Part shown: positions 37,781 through 48,513 of the stretch, one piece after another
Layout: the number at the start of each line of letters is the position of its first letter
Numbering within the stretch: the first letter of the stretch is position 1
DNA from: Chthoniobacterales bacterium
GTDB taxonomy: Bacteria; Verrucomicrobiota; Verrucomicrobiia; Chthoniobacterales; DASVRZ01
Direction of reading: 5' to 3'
Length of the DNA: 64,000 nucleotides
Assembly: GCA_038230215.1 (NCBI GenBank)
Contig: JBBRNR010000002.1
Location: forward strand, 324,788-388,787
Position numbers and translations under genes: made by a program
The notes under the pieces: generated by a model
Database searches by the model: none
The model's input: only the letters and a program-made list of their open reading frames with translations
What the model was told of the DNA's origin: nothing

Positions 37781-38578
37781 ATGACAAATATTGGCTTTAT
37801 CGGTTGCGGAAAAATGGCGGGCGCGATCCTACAGGGCGTCTGTAAGTCGGGCAAATTTGACGGTGACCAGCTTTTTTTGCACGACAAGGATGCCAATCGC
37901 ATGGCGGAGTTGAAGGCGATTTGCGGAGCGCGTCCCTTGGCCTCAAATATCGCAGTCGCAGAAGCCGCCGAAGTGATTCTCCTCTGCGTGAAGCCCTGTG
38001 ATGTGCCTGCGGCATTGAGTGAAATCAAGCACGCTTTATCCGGCAAAGTGATCGTTTCCATCGCAGCGGGACTGACGATTGCCAGACTGCGGGAGCTTTC
38101 TGAAAATGCGGCGGCCATCATCCGTGTGATGCCAAACACACCTGCGTTGGTCCATCGCGGCGCGACGGCTTACGCCCTGGGCGACGGTGCCACCGAGGAG
38201 CATGCGGAGGTGGTCGAGGAAATTTTCTGCGCTGTGGGGCAGGTTTTTCAAGTCGCCGAAAGTGCCCTGGATGCGGTCACTGGCCTAAGCGGCAGCGGTC
38301 CCGCCTATATCTATACAGTGATCGAGGCACTGGCCGACGGCGGCGTTCTCATGGGACTGCCTCGTGAGCTGGCCCTGCAATTGGCGGCGCAGACCGTGAT
38401 CGGAGCCGGTGAAATGGTAGCACAGACGCATCTGCATCCAGCGGCTTTGCGAGACATGGTCACGAGTCCGGGTGGAACGACAATTGCCGCGATGGAGGCT
38501 CTCGAAAAAGGCGGGCTGCGGGCGGCACTGATCTCGGCAGTTCGCGCGGCCACGGAGAGATCCGTAGCCATGCGCTAA
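37781..38578 (+). CDS. proC: Pyrroline-5-carboxylate reductase
   Basis: IGFIGCGKMA Rossmann motif, RVMPNTPA and SPGGTT motifs. Confidence 0.93.
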   Translation: MTNIGFIGCGKMAGAILQGVCKSGKFDGDQLFLHDKDANRMAELKAICGARPLASNIAVAEAAEVILLCVKPCDVPAALSEIKHALSGKVIVSIAAGLTIARLRELSENAAAIIRVMPNTPALVHRGATAYALGDGATEEHAEVVEEIFCAVGQVFQVAESALDAVTGLSGSGPAYIYTVIEALADGGVLMGLPRELALQLAAQTVIGAGEMVAQTHLHPAALRDMVTSPGGTTIAAMEALEKGGLRAALISAVRAATERSVAMR

Positions 38579-38585
38579 ACGGAGA

Positions 38586-39386
38586 ATGAAGCGAAATGGC
38601 GTAGTTTTTTTCGTCTGGATGACCCTGGTTCAGGCGATGTCGGCGCAGACGGTTATCCCATCGCCGACCCCGGCGCAATTTGATGATGATAAAGTGATCG
38701 CCGCCTCGGCCATGGCGGCTTTTGAGAAAGCTAGTCTTCCGCGGGAACGATTGCAGTTTGATAAAATTCGCACGATCCGGCTGGCGCAGTCCGCCACGCC
38801 TTCACCCACACCAACTTTTGCGCCTTTGACCGATGAAGCCAAGGTGGTGGCCGCTCTGGCGATGGCCGCTTTTGAAAAGGGCGACCTGCCCGAGGCGCGG
38901 CTGGAATTTGAGAAAATGCGGGTGCTCAGTCCGGGTCATCCCATGCCATTGATCAATCTCGGCACGATCGCCTTCCAAACTGGTCATCTCAAGCAAGGGG
39001 CCGAACTTCTCGAACAAGCCATCCGAATCGACCCCAACTCCGCCCAAGCCTGGACGCTGCTCGGCATGGTCCGGGTCTATCAGGATGAACCTGACAAGGC
39101 TCTGGCAGCTCTCGCTCAGTCTGTTTTGCTCAATCCGAACAACGCTAAAATTCACAACTATCTCGGCGTCGCAGTAGGACGCAAAGGCTGGTTCGATGGA
39201 GCCGAGGCAGAGTTGCAGCAGGCCATCACGCTCGACCCGAAATACGCGGACGCTCATTTCAATCTGGCCCTCATCTATTTGCAACGCGATCCGCCAAATA
39301 AAGCCCTGGCCGAGAAGCATTATCAGACTGCAATCAAACTCGGGGCACCACCCGACGAGGAAACGGAAAAAAAGATCAGGAATTGA
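38586..39386 (+). CDS. Secreted TPR-repeat protein
   Basis: Signal peptide, a duplicated AAMAAFEK..LP..RL.F.K segment, then 4-5 TPR units (AQAWTLLGMV.., AKIHNYLGVA.., ADAHFNLALIY). Confidence 0.75.
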   Translation: MKRNGVVFFVWMTLVQAMSAQTVIPSPTPAQFDDDKVIAASAMAAFEKASLPRERLQFDKIRTIRLAQSATPSPTPTFAPLTDEAKVVAALAMAAFEKGDLPEARLEFEKMRVLSPGHPMPLINLGTIAFQTGHLKQGAELLEQAIRIDPNSAQAWTLLGMVRVYQDEPDKALAALAQSVLLNPNNAKIHNYLGVAVGRKGWFDGAEAELQQAITLDPKYADAHFNLALIYLQRDPPNKALAEKHYQTAIKLGAPPDEETEKKIRN

Positions 39387-39405
39387 TTCCGATTTTGCCT
39401 TCCTG

Positions 39406-39963
39406 ATGCTTGCGTTGCCCATAGCCTTCTGTATTCTGAAATCAATGCGTGCGCCTTTTTTCTGCGTTTTCTTAATGGGTTTCACTACCAGCATTTCTCA
39501 TCTTTCCGCGCAAACTCCGCCCGAAGGTGACGCGGATATGAAACGCCAGGTCGGCGCTCTCCGCGAAGCCGTCATCCAGCAAACCCGCCAGATCGATGCT
39601 CTGACTGCTGAGATTGAGAGACTAGGCATTGCTCTCGGCCAGCGGCGTCCACCTAAAGCAGCCCAAGCCGCTACTTCCACACCTGCGGTGCCTACGGTTG
39701 GCACTTCCGAGCCAGCAGCCACTGCCACTCCCCTTCCCGCCGCGGCTGTGGTCGCCACTCCCACGCCGGATCCGAATGTTTTGCAACACACGGTGATCAA
39801 GGGCGACAACTTGACTAACATCGCCAAAAAATACGGCACCACCGCTGACGCAATCCAGAAACTGAATAAAATCACCGATGCCCGCAAGATGCAGATAGGT
39901 CAAGTCCTGTCGATTCCAACCCCATCACCCGTAGCGGCCTCTCCTTCCCCGGCTGGTCACTAA
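39406..39963 (+). CDS. LysM-domain peptidoglycan-binding protein with coiled-coil segment
   Basis: C-terminal LysM HTVIKGDNLTNIAKKYGTTADAIQKLNKI...GQVLSIP. Signal-like MRAPFFCVFLMGFTTSISHLSA suggests the true start may be 39445. Confidence 0.75.
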   Translation: MLALPIAFCILKSMRAPFFCVFLMGFTTSISHLSAQTPPEGDADMKRQVGALREAVIQQTRQIDALTAEIERLGIALGQRRPPKAAQAATSTPAVPTVGTSEPAATATPLPAAAVVATPTPDPNVLQHTVIKGDNLTNIAKKYGTTADAIQKLNKITDARKMQIGQVLSIPTPSPVAASPSPAGH

Positions 39964-39980
39964 AAAAACCGGCATTCCCT

Positions 39981-40472
39981 ATGAGCACAAACTGGCACTT
40001 AATGAAACACGACGACGGGACCGTTTTCGGCCCGGTGTCTTTCGAGCAAATCAAAGAATGGGCTCAGGCCGCCCAAGTTTCGCCACTGGATAAAATTTCT
40101 GAAGACCAACTCAACTGGACCAAAGCCCCCATGTTTGCCCAGCTTGAAATGGACTGGCTGCTCCAAATGAGCGACGACCATTATTACGGCCCGACCACAC
40201 TCAGCGCGATTCAGGAATTCATCAAGGAAGGCGAGATCGACCACGACACGCTCGTGATCAATTGCAAGGACGCCACTGAGACCAAAGTGGGCGAGCTTCC
40301 GTTTTTACCCCAGGCAGATGAGCCGGGCGAAAAAGAAATTCCTCCGGCGAAAGCCAGGGAAAACGATTTGCTCATCCAACGGATAGCCGCCATGGAAGCT
40401 GCTCTAGCCATCGAAAGAAATCGCATCACCGACCTCGAAGCCACGTTGAATGACTTCCTAACTCCGCGCTAG
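39981..40472 (+). CDS. Protein with two GYF_2-like (DUF4339-type) domains and C-terminal coiled coil
   Basis: WHLMKHDDGTVFGPVSFEQIKEW and WLLQMSDDHYYGPTTLSAIQEFI resemble the W..(G)..GP..(motif) of GYF_2 domains. Confidence 0.55.
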   Translation: MSTNWHLMKHDDGTVFGPVSFEQIKEWAQAAQVSPLDKISEDQLNWTKAPMFAQLEMDWLLQMSDDHYYGPTTLSAIQEFIKEGEIDHDTLVINCKDATETKVGELPFLPQADEPGEKEIPPAKARENDLLIQRIAAMEAALAIERNRITDLEATLNDFLTPR

Positions 40473-40488
40473 TCTGCGAGCTGATTGG

Positions 40489-42015
40489 TTAGCTGCCGCT
40501 GACCAGATCGGCAACCAGTTTCGAGGACGCGTCTATCGTTTCTTCCAGAAGATTTTGAATGGTCGGCGTCGCCTTCGCCCGCAAAAAAATCTGATAGGAA
40601 AATAGCCCTCGCGAAAGACGGATCAGAGCGCGGTTGGCCAGCATCAGGCCGCGACTAAGAATGTTATCACCCAAGGCCGCGGGAATTGGAGCCGGAATGC
40701 CGTGCATTTCTTCGACTTCGTAACCGGTTTCCTTCAAGGCCTGTCGCAAGGTCTGAAAAGTGAAGAGCCGAGTGTGAGTCCGATCTAAAATTCCTTTTCG
40801 ACCGTAGTTAAATTGCCCGAAAAATAGCATTAATCGCGTGACGATAAATCCGATGTTGGCTGTGGTTAAAATCAGTTCCGGACGCTTGCGCCCTGTAGCC
40901 TCGCGCAGGTTTTCCAAAAAATCTTCCGGGTCTTGGAGATGCTCAATGATGTCGAGCATGAAAATCTGGTCGTATTCGCTGGGTGAGGTCGGCAACGTCG
41001 CGTCATTTAAGTTCGCCCGCAGATAACGAACGCCGGACGTGCCTCCGATGGGCGCGAATTGATCGAGACCCGTCACCTGCGCCCCGCGCCCCGCAGCTTC
41101 TTCGGCCCAATAACCCTCGCCGCAGCCAAGATCGAGAACGCGGGCACCGGCGCGCACGGCATTCAACGAATCGGTGTGTGAAGAACGATAGCCGAGCTTG
41201 AGGGTGTATTTTTCCTCGATCCGACCGACTTCAAATTTTCTGTCATAGAGCAAATTCAGCTGATGCAAGCGCACACGAACGCTCGTACGAATGACGTCCC
41301 CGGCATACTTCAATCCGTTAACGTGGCAGATTTCCTCACCGTAATAGGTTGGAATCGGCACCTCGGCGATGCGTAGTTTCCTTAGCAAAAACTGCGCGAT
41401 GATCTCGGTGTCGAAATGGAAGTCGTGTGTGTTTCGTTCAAATGGTATTTGTCGCAACGCATTCACAGTGTAAAGGCGATAGCCGGAGTGAAATTCGGAC
41501 AACGAGCCGCGCAGTAGCCAGTTTTGCGTAATACTAAGAATGCGATTGCCGATGAATTTGTAAGCAGGCATTCCGCCGCGCCGCGCCGCGCCGGGAAGCA
41601 ACATGCGAGAGCCGAAAACAGCGTCTGCCTTCCCTTCCAGCAGCGGCTGGAGAAGCTCGGGTAATTTTTCCGGCGCGTATTGTCCATCACCATGCACCAG
41701 GGCGACAATATCGAAGCCGTGTTCGATGGCGTAGCGATAACCAAGTTTTTGATTACCGCCGTAGCCCTGATTCACCGGGTTGCGCAGAACCGTGAGTTTA
41801 AGTCCATGCACCAGCGTATTGCAACCAACGCTAAATGTCTCGTCGCGGGAAGAGTCGTCGATCACCAACACCTCCACCCCGGGCTGGCGCAGGCTCGTGG
41901 GAATGCGATTGAGCACCTCGCTGATCGTCTTTTCGGCGTTGTAAGCCACGATATGAATGAGGACGCGTGCTCCCGAAAGCTCTATGAGTGTTGCAGATGA
42001 ATTATTGGAAGGCAC
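40489..42015 (-). CDS. Glycosyltransferase family 2 fused to class I SAM-dependent methyltransferase
   Basis: N-terminal GT2 (VIDDSSRDET, GYGGNQKLG, HGDGQY) and C-terminal methyltransferase motif I VLDLGCGEGYW. Confidence 0.85.
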   Translation of the reverse strand: MPSNNSSATLIELSGARVLIHIVAYNAEKTISEVLNRIPTSLRQPGVEVLVIDDSSRDETFSVGCNTLVHGLKLTVLRNPVNQGYGGNQKLGYRYAIEHGFDIVALVHGDGQYAPEKLPELLQPLLEGKADAVFGSRMLLPGAARRGGMPAYKFIGNRILSITQNWLLRGSLSEFHSGYRLYTVNALRQIPFERNTHDFHFDTEIIAQFLLRKLRIAEVPIPTYYGEEICHVNGLKYAGDVIRTSVRVRLHQLNLLYDRKFEVGRIEEKYTLKLGYRSSHTDSLNAVRAGARVLDLGCGEGYWAEEAAGRGAQVTGLDQFAPIGGTSGVRYLRANLNDATLPTSPSEYDQIFMLDIIEHLQDPEDFLENLREATGRKRPELILTTANIGFIVTRLMLFFGQFNYGRKGILDRTHTRLFTFQTLRQALKETGYEVEEMHGIPAPIPAALGDNILSRGLMLANRALIRLSRGLFSYQIFLRAKATPTIQNLLEETIDASSKLVADLVSGS

Positions 42016-42061
42016 AATCCAATAATAAGCAAAATGCGGGCCAATGAATTAGGCGTTAGCA

Positions 42062-43936
42062 TTATTTCTTCCAAGGAATGTCGACAGCAAAGATTTCATC
42101 TCCGGTAAGCTCGCGATGGATGTAGGAACGAGTGGCATGGTCCTCAAAAACAGCCTGCAGATTCCAGTCGGCGGGCTGGATGAGAAACTCTGCGGGCAAA
42201 TTCCAAGTATCGCGCCAAATGGAGCCGTCAGCCTTGCCTTCAGGACAGCAAAGCCCGCGATTGAAAACGCGCTTCTCACCAGTGGCGACTTTGGTTGCAA
42301 TTACATGCAGCCAGGGGATTTTTCGGCGGTCGCCACGATAGCTCCATTCCGATATAATTTGGATTTGTTCGTTGTTATCTATTGCCGAAAGAGTCATCAA
42401 ATCTGTGGCCCGATCAATTAAATTCGGTTTGAGCGGAGTGGATTCCTGAGCTGTGAGCGTGGGTTGCGCTGGAATTTTTTTGAAAACGGTGAGCGCACCC
42501 ACAGAATGCACCTGCCATGTGGCTCTAGCTAGAAATTGATGCAACAGCGCATCGCTGGAACTCACTACATCGCCGGTTTTTAACCTCATAGCCGGATGGT
42601 AGTAGCCGGAGTAAGAGTCGAATGTGATTGAGTCGTCGTAGTCAACAATGACAAAGTCTGTTGGCGGCGGCGGCGGATAGATTTTCCGACTCAATGTTTT
42701 TAAGCCCTTCAGAACCAGATGAAGTGAGTAGATTTCTTGTCTTTCAGCAAGGTGAGATTGAAATGGCAGCGGGGCCAATACGCTTGCCTCTGGTGGCAGG
42801 GCAGCTACTATGTCGCGTTTATCAATTAGTTGATCGTCGTTGGTAAAAAATGGGGCGAGAAATTTATCCGGTGTGCCGACAGCTAGAAAACAAACTAGAT
42901 TTCCCAAGACAAGGAAGCATGGCGTGCTTAGATGCCATTTTTTATCCTTCGCTTTCGCGGGATTGAGAGACTCCAGAGTGGCAATCCAAAAGACTGGTAA
43001 TAGCGGGGCGGCGTAATGATAGTAAATGGTCCATTCCGACCATCGCCACGACAGCAAATGCTGCAGCAAAAGCGGCACCGCAGGCAATAGACTTAGGGGG
43101 CGTCGCAATGGTAGAAGCAGCATTGGCAAGAGCAGTGCCCAGAAAATATTCCCTCGCCACGAGGAGCTTAAAACATCTATGGCACCTGGAAAAAAACCTT
43201 TCTCATGCAGATGTGAATATAACGCGCCAAAATCGACATTGCCTGCATTCCATTTTGGGCCTAACCAGAAAAGATAAATCGCCATCCAACCAGCGATAAA
43301 TAAACCGGGCAACATAATCCATTGCCACAAGACATGACGAGTCGGACGCTCGAAAAGTTTTGTGAAACACCAGATTCCCGCCAGCAGCCCAAGGTTTTCT
43401 TTGCAACTAAGAAACAAAATGAGAGAGAGCCAGAAAAGTCGTAAATCCTGCTTCTGCCACGCATAGTAAACGGCCAGCCAGAGTGGAGCAGCCAGTGCCT
43501 CGGGGTGAAATTCATGAATTGCCACAAAGGTTAGCACAGGATTGATTAACAAAATGATCGAAAGCCAAAAAGCCGACTGCGAACTCCATCCCATTTTGCC
43601 GGCAATTTTCCATCCAAGGGGAAGACATGCGGCCAAAGCTAGATTCTGCACTACAATCGGCACTAGCGGATGATGAAAAATCGCATAGAAGGGCCAGATG
43701 AGCAGGATAATGAAATCCGCATGATTTCCAAACGGCTGGACTTCTAATAAGCTGCTCCAATTTCTGCCATGCGAGAAGCCTTCGAGAGCTTGTACGTAGA
43801 ATGCTATATCGAAAGTGGTATAGGAAAAATGCGACCACCGCCAAGCGGATTGAAACGTACAGGCTGACGCGAATAATATGGATATTGTGAAGAGCAAAAA
43901 CTCAATCCTTCCTGATCTTTTTGCCGCTGTATTCAA
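42062..43936 (-). CDS. DUF2079-like multi-pass membrane protein (predicted GT-C-type) with about 230-aa extracytoplasmic C-terminal domain
   Basis: About 12 TM segments, with an FDIAFY acidic motif after TM1. The family assignment is from memory of the DUF2079 pattern and is not verified. Confidence 0.6.
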   Translation of the reverse strand: MNTAAKRSGRIEFLLFTISILFASACTFQSAWRWSHFSYTTFDIAFYVQALEGFSHGRNWSSLLEVQPFGNHADFIILLIWPFYAIFHHPLVPIVVQNLALAACLPLGWKIAGKMGWSSQSAFWLSIILLINPVLTFVAIHEFHPEALAAPLWLAVYYAWQKQDLRLFWLSLILFLSCKENLGLLAGIWCFTKLFERPTRHVLWQWIMLPGLFIAGWMAIYLFWLGPKWNAGNVDFGALYSHLHEKGFFPGAIDVLSSSWRGNIFWALLLPMLLLPLRRPLSLLPAVPLLLQHLLSWRWSEWTIYYHYAAPLLPVFWIATLESLNPAKAKDKKWHLSTPCFLVLGNLVCFLAVGTPDKFLAPFFTNDDQLIDKRDIVAALPPEASVLAPLPFQSHLAERQEIYSLHLVLKGLKTLSRKIYPPPPPTDFVIVDYDDSITFDSYSGYYHPAMRLKTGDVVSSSDALLHQFLARATWQVHSVGALTVFKKIPAQPTLTAQESTPLKPNLIDRATDLMTLSAIDNNEQIQIISEWSYRGDRRKIPWLHVIATKVATGEKRVFNRGLCCPEGKADGSIWRDTWNLPAEFLIQPADWNLQAVFEDHATRSYIHRELTGDEIFAVDIPWKK

Positions 43937-44629
43937 AATGAGCCTTTTATTTTTATGAACTTGTCCATATCGCGCAAAGCAATGGTGGCCATCTGAAAAT
44001 CAGGTTTGATTCGCAGACATTCTAAAAACTGCGCTTTGGCCTTATTAAATTGTCCTAGTTTAACGAACGCGCCGCCGAGGTTGAAATGAGCTTCTACAAA
44101 ATTGGGTTCAATTTGCAAAGCCGTTCGAAATTGCAAGATAGCCTCGTCTACTTTTCCACTGTCAAGAAGGAGGTTTCCCAGATTGTTGCGAGCTTGGGGA
44201 TTTTGCGGATTGAGTTTGATGGATGTCTTGTAGCACGCAACGGCCTCGGAAATGCGTCCGGTTTGCACCAAGGCACTGCCGTAGTCATACCATAGGATCG
44301 AATTATAGGGCTGTAATTCTTTTGCATGGCGAAACATTTCAAGTGCAACAGAATAATTTCCTTGATTACTATGATAGCCCCCATGCTAATGCAGACCCTG
44401 GCGTTTTGAGGTTGCTTGGCTGCGGTATCACGCCAGATCGAAGGATGGTTGGATTTTCTACGATCGTCGGAATATCGTCGAAGATAAAGGGAACCTGAAA
44501 CGTGTTTCGGTAGGCGACAAAAACCAAAATAGCGATAACAAATACTGCCAACCGAATGCGGCAGGACTCTGAGAACGATGCGAAGTGCCGCTGTAATTTG
44601 AAAAACATTTTTTGAGAAAGAAGGAGCAA
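43933..44629 (-). pseudogene. Frameshifted short paralog of the TMTC-like genes (TM + FIFDD loop fragment, then TPR fragment)
   Basis: ORF 44369..44629 (N-terminal TM, FIFDDIPTIVENP) and ORF 43933..44337 (TPRs, frame open to about 44385) are in different frames. Deleting one C of the C5 run at 44378-44382 fuses them into 696 nt, exactly 232 codons. Confidence 0.5.
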
Positions 44630-44635
44630 ACCAGG

Positions 44636-46606
44636 TTATTTTACATGGTTTTTATTATCTATACTCTGGATGATTGACAGGATTTCCCTTTGCCTTGGAG
44701 TGTCATTCCGATGAATCGCTGTTTTCTGAAGGATGATGGCCTGGCTGTATTTTCCGTTCTGAGCTAGAAGTAGGGCCGCCTGATTAAGCGGTTCGGCGTT
44801 TCTAATATCCAGTCGCGAGGCAAGCAGATAAGTGGCGATGGCTTCCTGTGGTTGGCCGAGCGACACGTATAGCTCTCCAAGTTGGTTTTGTGATTCCGCG
44901 TGCCACCAATTACGTGCGACAAATCCCCTAAGCAATTCGAGCGAGACGTGAGGTTGCTTTTGTTCAATATAAATTTTGGACAATGCCTTGGCTATAGGCC
45001 AAGAGTTGGGATTTAATTCGTAGGACTGGCGCGCCATTTTCAGGGCTTCGGAAATTTTTTCCGATTGGGTGAGCTGGTCGATCATGGCTACGCGCTCCGT
45101 CGTACCCTGCCAGCCGCTTTGGTTCTCCTCTGCCCCCGATTTGATAGTGCGCTTTTGGAGTTTGAGATTTCGTGAGAGTGCGATTTTCGCGAGGGGAAAA
45201 TTAGGGAGAACGCAAATGATGGATTGGTAAATTCTTTCAGCTTCAGGAAGCCGTCCTATTTTCTGGTATTCGGCAGCGAGATTCATTCTGATTCGCACAC
45301 TGTCGCCGCCATTTATAATATTCGCGTGATAAAAAGTAACGGGATTTTGCCAATCCTTGGCTCTTTCATAGGTGCGCGATGCGAGCATTACTAGGAAAAT
45401 GGGGAAAATAACAATGCCAATGCGCTGAAGGATTCTCCCTCCATCCATCCAGCAGCCGACTAACCAAAGACATAATCCGATGGAAGGAATATAGAGCCAA
45501 TGTTCCGCCACGGTAGCATTCAAGGGAAAGAAGTTGGAAACCGGCAGAATCATAATGAAAAACCAGAGCACACCCAGCATTCGTAATCTGTTTCCCTCAC
45601 CCTTCCAAAAAAGTGAGACGCAGAGGATAGCCAATGTTGCAGCACCAACCCAGCCAAGGTAAGGGAAGAGCGGATCGTTTTTCACCGGATCGGTGAAGAG
45701 TCCAGTGGGGATACTAACCTGCCGCTCCATGAAGAGTTTTCCAGGGTAAAGAAATAGCCTGGCATAGTCACCAATGGCTCGGAAAAATAACTCCATCTTC
45801 TGCGGCCAAGAAACCAGATCAGCACCGGAGGGAGCGATATTAGGAGCAGGTAGCTGGCGCAGAAGAAGATAGCTAGAAAAGACAGCAATTACTCCAAGGG
45901 TTGTTTTTACTTTTGGTTCACCCGACAAATCCGTTCTCAGCAACCATAAATAGAAGAGAAACAAGCCCAGTCCAGCCATTGATATTTCTTTGGAACAACA
46001 CCCAGTCAGTGCTAACAAAGCGGCAAGAAAGAGGCCCGCGCATCGTTTCGTTTTTGTTTGTGCGTCAATGGCTTTTTCCCAGCACAACCACGCTCCCAAC
46101 ATACCTGCTAGTGCCAGACTATCGGCGCGACCGGAGACGTAAGCGACGATTGCGCTGTGAACTGGGTGCAGCAGCCAGAATATGGCCACCGCGAAAGCCA
46201 ATCCTAGAGACTTGATCTCGGAAGTTTTTCCTAGTAGGAGCAATAATCTTTTGGCTATGAAAAAAACAAGACAGCCATTCAAAGTGTGAATGAAAAGATT
46301 GGTTTGATGAAAAGCGGGCGCACTTAATCCTGCTCGCCAGTAGTCGAGTATATAGGAGAGATTTTGGACAGGCCGGTAGAACTCACCTTTTGCATCCGTA
46401 AAAAGAAAGTGACGAAACACTTCCAATCCTAATATTGGTGATTTGATGAGAGGATTGCCTGTTACTAAAAAAGAATCATCCCATAAGAACTGTCCATGCA
46501 ACACCGGATGGTAAGTGATGAAAACGGCCAGAGTAAGAAAAAACGGGACTAAATAAACAAAAGCTTTTCCGCCTTCTTTTATCTGGTTAAGTTTGAGCAT
46601 GTTCAC
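44636..46606 (-). CDS. GT-C-type TMTC/PMT-like membrane protein with C-terminal TPR domain
   Basis: FLWDDSFLV loop-1 motif, YRPVQNLSYILDYW, about 11 TM segments and then TPR repeats. GTG start at 46606 overlaps the upstream stop; the alternative ATG is at 46600. Confidence 0.8.
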   Translation of the reverse strand: MNMLKLNQIKEGGKAFVYLVPFFLTLAVFITYHPVLHGQFLWDDSFLVTGNPLIKSPILGLEVFRHFLFTDAKGEFYRPVQNLSYILDYWRAGLSAPAFHQTNLFIHTLNGCLVFFIAKRLLLLLGKTSEIKSLGLAFAVAIFWLLHPVHSAIVAYVSGRADSLALAGMLGAWLCWEKAIDAQTKTKRCAGLFLAALLALTGCCSKEISMAGLGLFLFYLWLLRTDLSGEPKVKTTLGVIAVFSSYLLLRQLPAPNIAPSGADLVSWPQKMELFFRAIGDYARLFLYPGKLFMERQVSIPTGLFTDPVKNDPLFPYLGWVGAATLAILCVSLFWKGEGNRLRMLGVLWFFIMILPVSNFFPLNATVAEHWLYIPSIGLCLWLVGCWMDGGRILQRIGIVIFPIFLVMLASRTYERAKDWQNPVTFYHANIINGGDSVRIRMNLAAEYQKIGRLPEAERIYQSIICVLPNFPLAKIALSRNLKLQKRTIKSGAEENQSGWQGTTERVAMIDQLTQSEKISEALKMARQSYELNPNSWPIAKALSKIYIEQKQPHVSLELLRGFVARNWWHAESQNQLGELYVSLGQPQEAIATYLLASRLDIRNAEPLNQAALLLAQNGKYSQAIILQKTAIHRNDTPRQREILSIIQSIDNKNHVK

Positions 46607-48513
46607 GGAACCTTGTTCCCAGCGGCAACTTCTTTCAACTCTGCCAACTTCTCTTGCTGCGCAGCAGTCGCGTTTCGTTCCAATGCCTCTTCCTGTATTT
46701 TCAAGGCCATAGAATAATGTCCACTTTGAACCATTATATCACTAGCACGACTGAGTGCTGAAACGTCGCGTATATCGAGTCTGGAAACCTCAAGAAGATT
46801 TTGAACTGCTTCTGACTGCCGTTTAGGATTATTGGCATACAGATCAGCCAACTCAATGTGAGAAGCGAGATGCCACCAGTGATTGCGAACAAAGCTTTCA
46901 ACCAAAACGACTTTTTGCTCCGGATGCCCGAGCTTTTCCAATAATAACGACATCTCAACAGTCACCAGCCACGAGTCTGGATAGAGTTGACGAAGCCGCT
47001 TCAGTTTTGCCCCGCACTCACTCAGGTTTCCGTGCACCAGTAAATTGTCCGCAGTATATAACTTCCCTCGAAAACTATCGCCAAATGGCTCGTCTCCTGA
47101 TGGCACAAGTTTCTCAGCTTCCTCATTTCTACCCTGTGAACGAAGATTGACCATTAGTGAATGCCTTGCCTGAACATATCTTGGACTCCGCTGAACTACC
47201 TCCCGCAGAAGCGTTTCTCCTTCCTTAAGATTTCCCCGAAGACGATATTCGTCGGCCAAGTTCACGCGCATGCGCGGAGTGTCTCCTCCATCGCGAATCG
47301 TGGCCTTAAAAAAAGTGATTGAATCAGTCCAATCATGCGCCCTCCTCCAAGTTCGCTGGCTAAACGCGAGTATGGCTAAAACGCAGAGGTATGCGGCGAG
47401 AGTTTGAACCTTTTTGCCTGCCTCCAGACACCAGCTCATGATTACTATTATAAAACCGATGGAAGGTATGTAGAGCCAATGTTCAGCCACAGTGGAGTTC
47501 AAGGCGAAAACATTGGACACCGGCAAAATGGTGAGAATAAACCACAAAACTCCAAGCCGCCGCATAACAAAACAAGTGCCCTTTTTGAAGTAGCTAAATA
47601 TAAGACCTCCCAAAAATATGGATCCCACAATTCCTAGGAATGGATAAACAGGGTCGAACGTCACCGGATTGACATACAAGTAGGAAACTTGGATCACCTG
47701 ACGCTCCATTCTTAGATTCAAAGGAAAAAGGAGGAGACGAAAGTAGTCGCCCAACCCCCTCAAAACGAGATTTGGCCTATCCATCCAAGGCGGAGGCGCA
47801 TTTGAAGGCTCACTCAAGCTCGATGCTCCATAGCGCAGACAAAGGTAGACTACTCCGAGCAAGACGCACCCTCCGATGATCTTCCTTCGCTCCGCGCGTC
47901 TTATGGCTACTGGAATTACCGTCTCGAAAACAAGGAAGAAGCCAACTCCCATGAGCGCGGCTTCCTTGGAACAAATAGCGAGAAAAGCGCAGATCACTGC
48001 ACCCAAACTCAATATCAATTTGCCCTGCCCATTTGCGTCTCTCCGCTTTTCCCAACAGCACCAGGCAAGTAGAAGAAAAAATAGCGCCAGACTATCGGCA
48101 CGGCCGGAGATATAAGCGATGGAGGCACTGTGCACCGGATGCACCAGCCAGATTAGGGCAGATAAAATCGCTGTTTTTCTTATCGAAGATGAAGCAAGCT
48201 GCGTGTGTCGTCTTAGAGTGAGTGATAGAAAAACGAAAAACAGGCCGGCATTCAACCCGTGAATGACATAATTGGACTGTCGGAAAATGATTGGACTCAG
48301 TCCGCCACGCCAATAATCCAAAATATAGCTGATGTTCTGGACTGGCCGATAAAAATTAGAGGTCGGATCTTCCCCAAGAAAGTGGCGGAATGATTCTGTA
48401 ATTAACAGCGGGGACCGAATAAACGGATTCTTGTTAACCAAAAATTGGTCATCCCAAATGAAACCGCCGGTTAGGCACGGCCAGTACAATACGAAGGTGA
48501 GTGCAATGCACAA
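46603..48513 (-). CDS. GT-C-type TMTC/PMT-like membrane protein with C-terminal TPR domain (tandem paralog)
   Basis: FIWDDQFLV, YRPVQNISYILDYW and the same architecture as the 44636..46606 product. The tracked start is TTG at 48513, but the frame is open to 48582 (see findings). Confidence 0.8.
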   Translation of the reverse strand: MCIALTFVLYWPCLTGGFIWDDQFLVNKNPFIRSPLLITESFRHFLGEDPTSNFYRPVQNISYILDYWRGGLSPIIFRQSNYVIHGLNAGLFFVFLSLTLRRHTQLASSSIRKTAILSALIWLVHPVHSASIAYISGRADSLALFFLLLAWCCWEKRRDANGQGKLILSLGAVICAFLAICSKEAALMGVGFFLVFETVIPVAIRRAERRKIIGGCVLLGVVYLCLRYGASSLSEPSNAPPPWMDRPNLVLRGLGDYFRLLLFPLNLRMERQVIQVSYLYVNPVTFDPVYPFLGIVGSIFLGGLIFSYFKKGTCFVMRRLGVLWFILTILPVSNVFALNSTVAEHWLYIPSIGFIIVIMSWCLEAGKKVQTLAAYLCVLAILAFSQRTWRRAHDWTDSITFFKATIRDGGDTPRMRVNLADEYRLRGNLKEGETLLREVVQRSPRYVQARHSLMVNLRSQGRNEEAEKLVPSGDEPFGDSFRGKLYTADNLLVHGNLSECGAKLKRLRQLYPDSWLVTVEMSLLLEKLGHPEQKVVLVESFVRNHWWHLASHIELADLYANNPKRQSEAVQNLLEVSRLDIRDVSALSRASDIMVQSGHYSMALKIQEEALERNATAAQQEKLAELKEVAAGNKVP

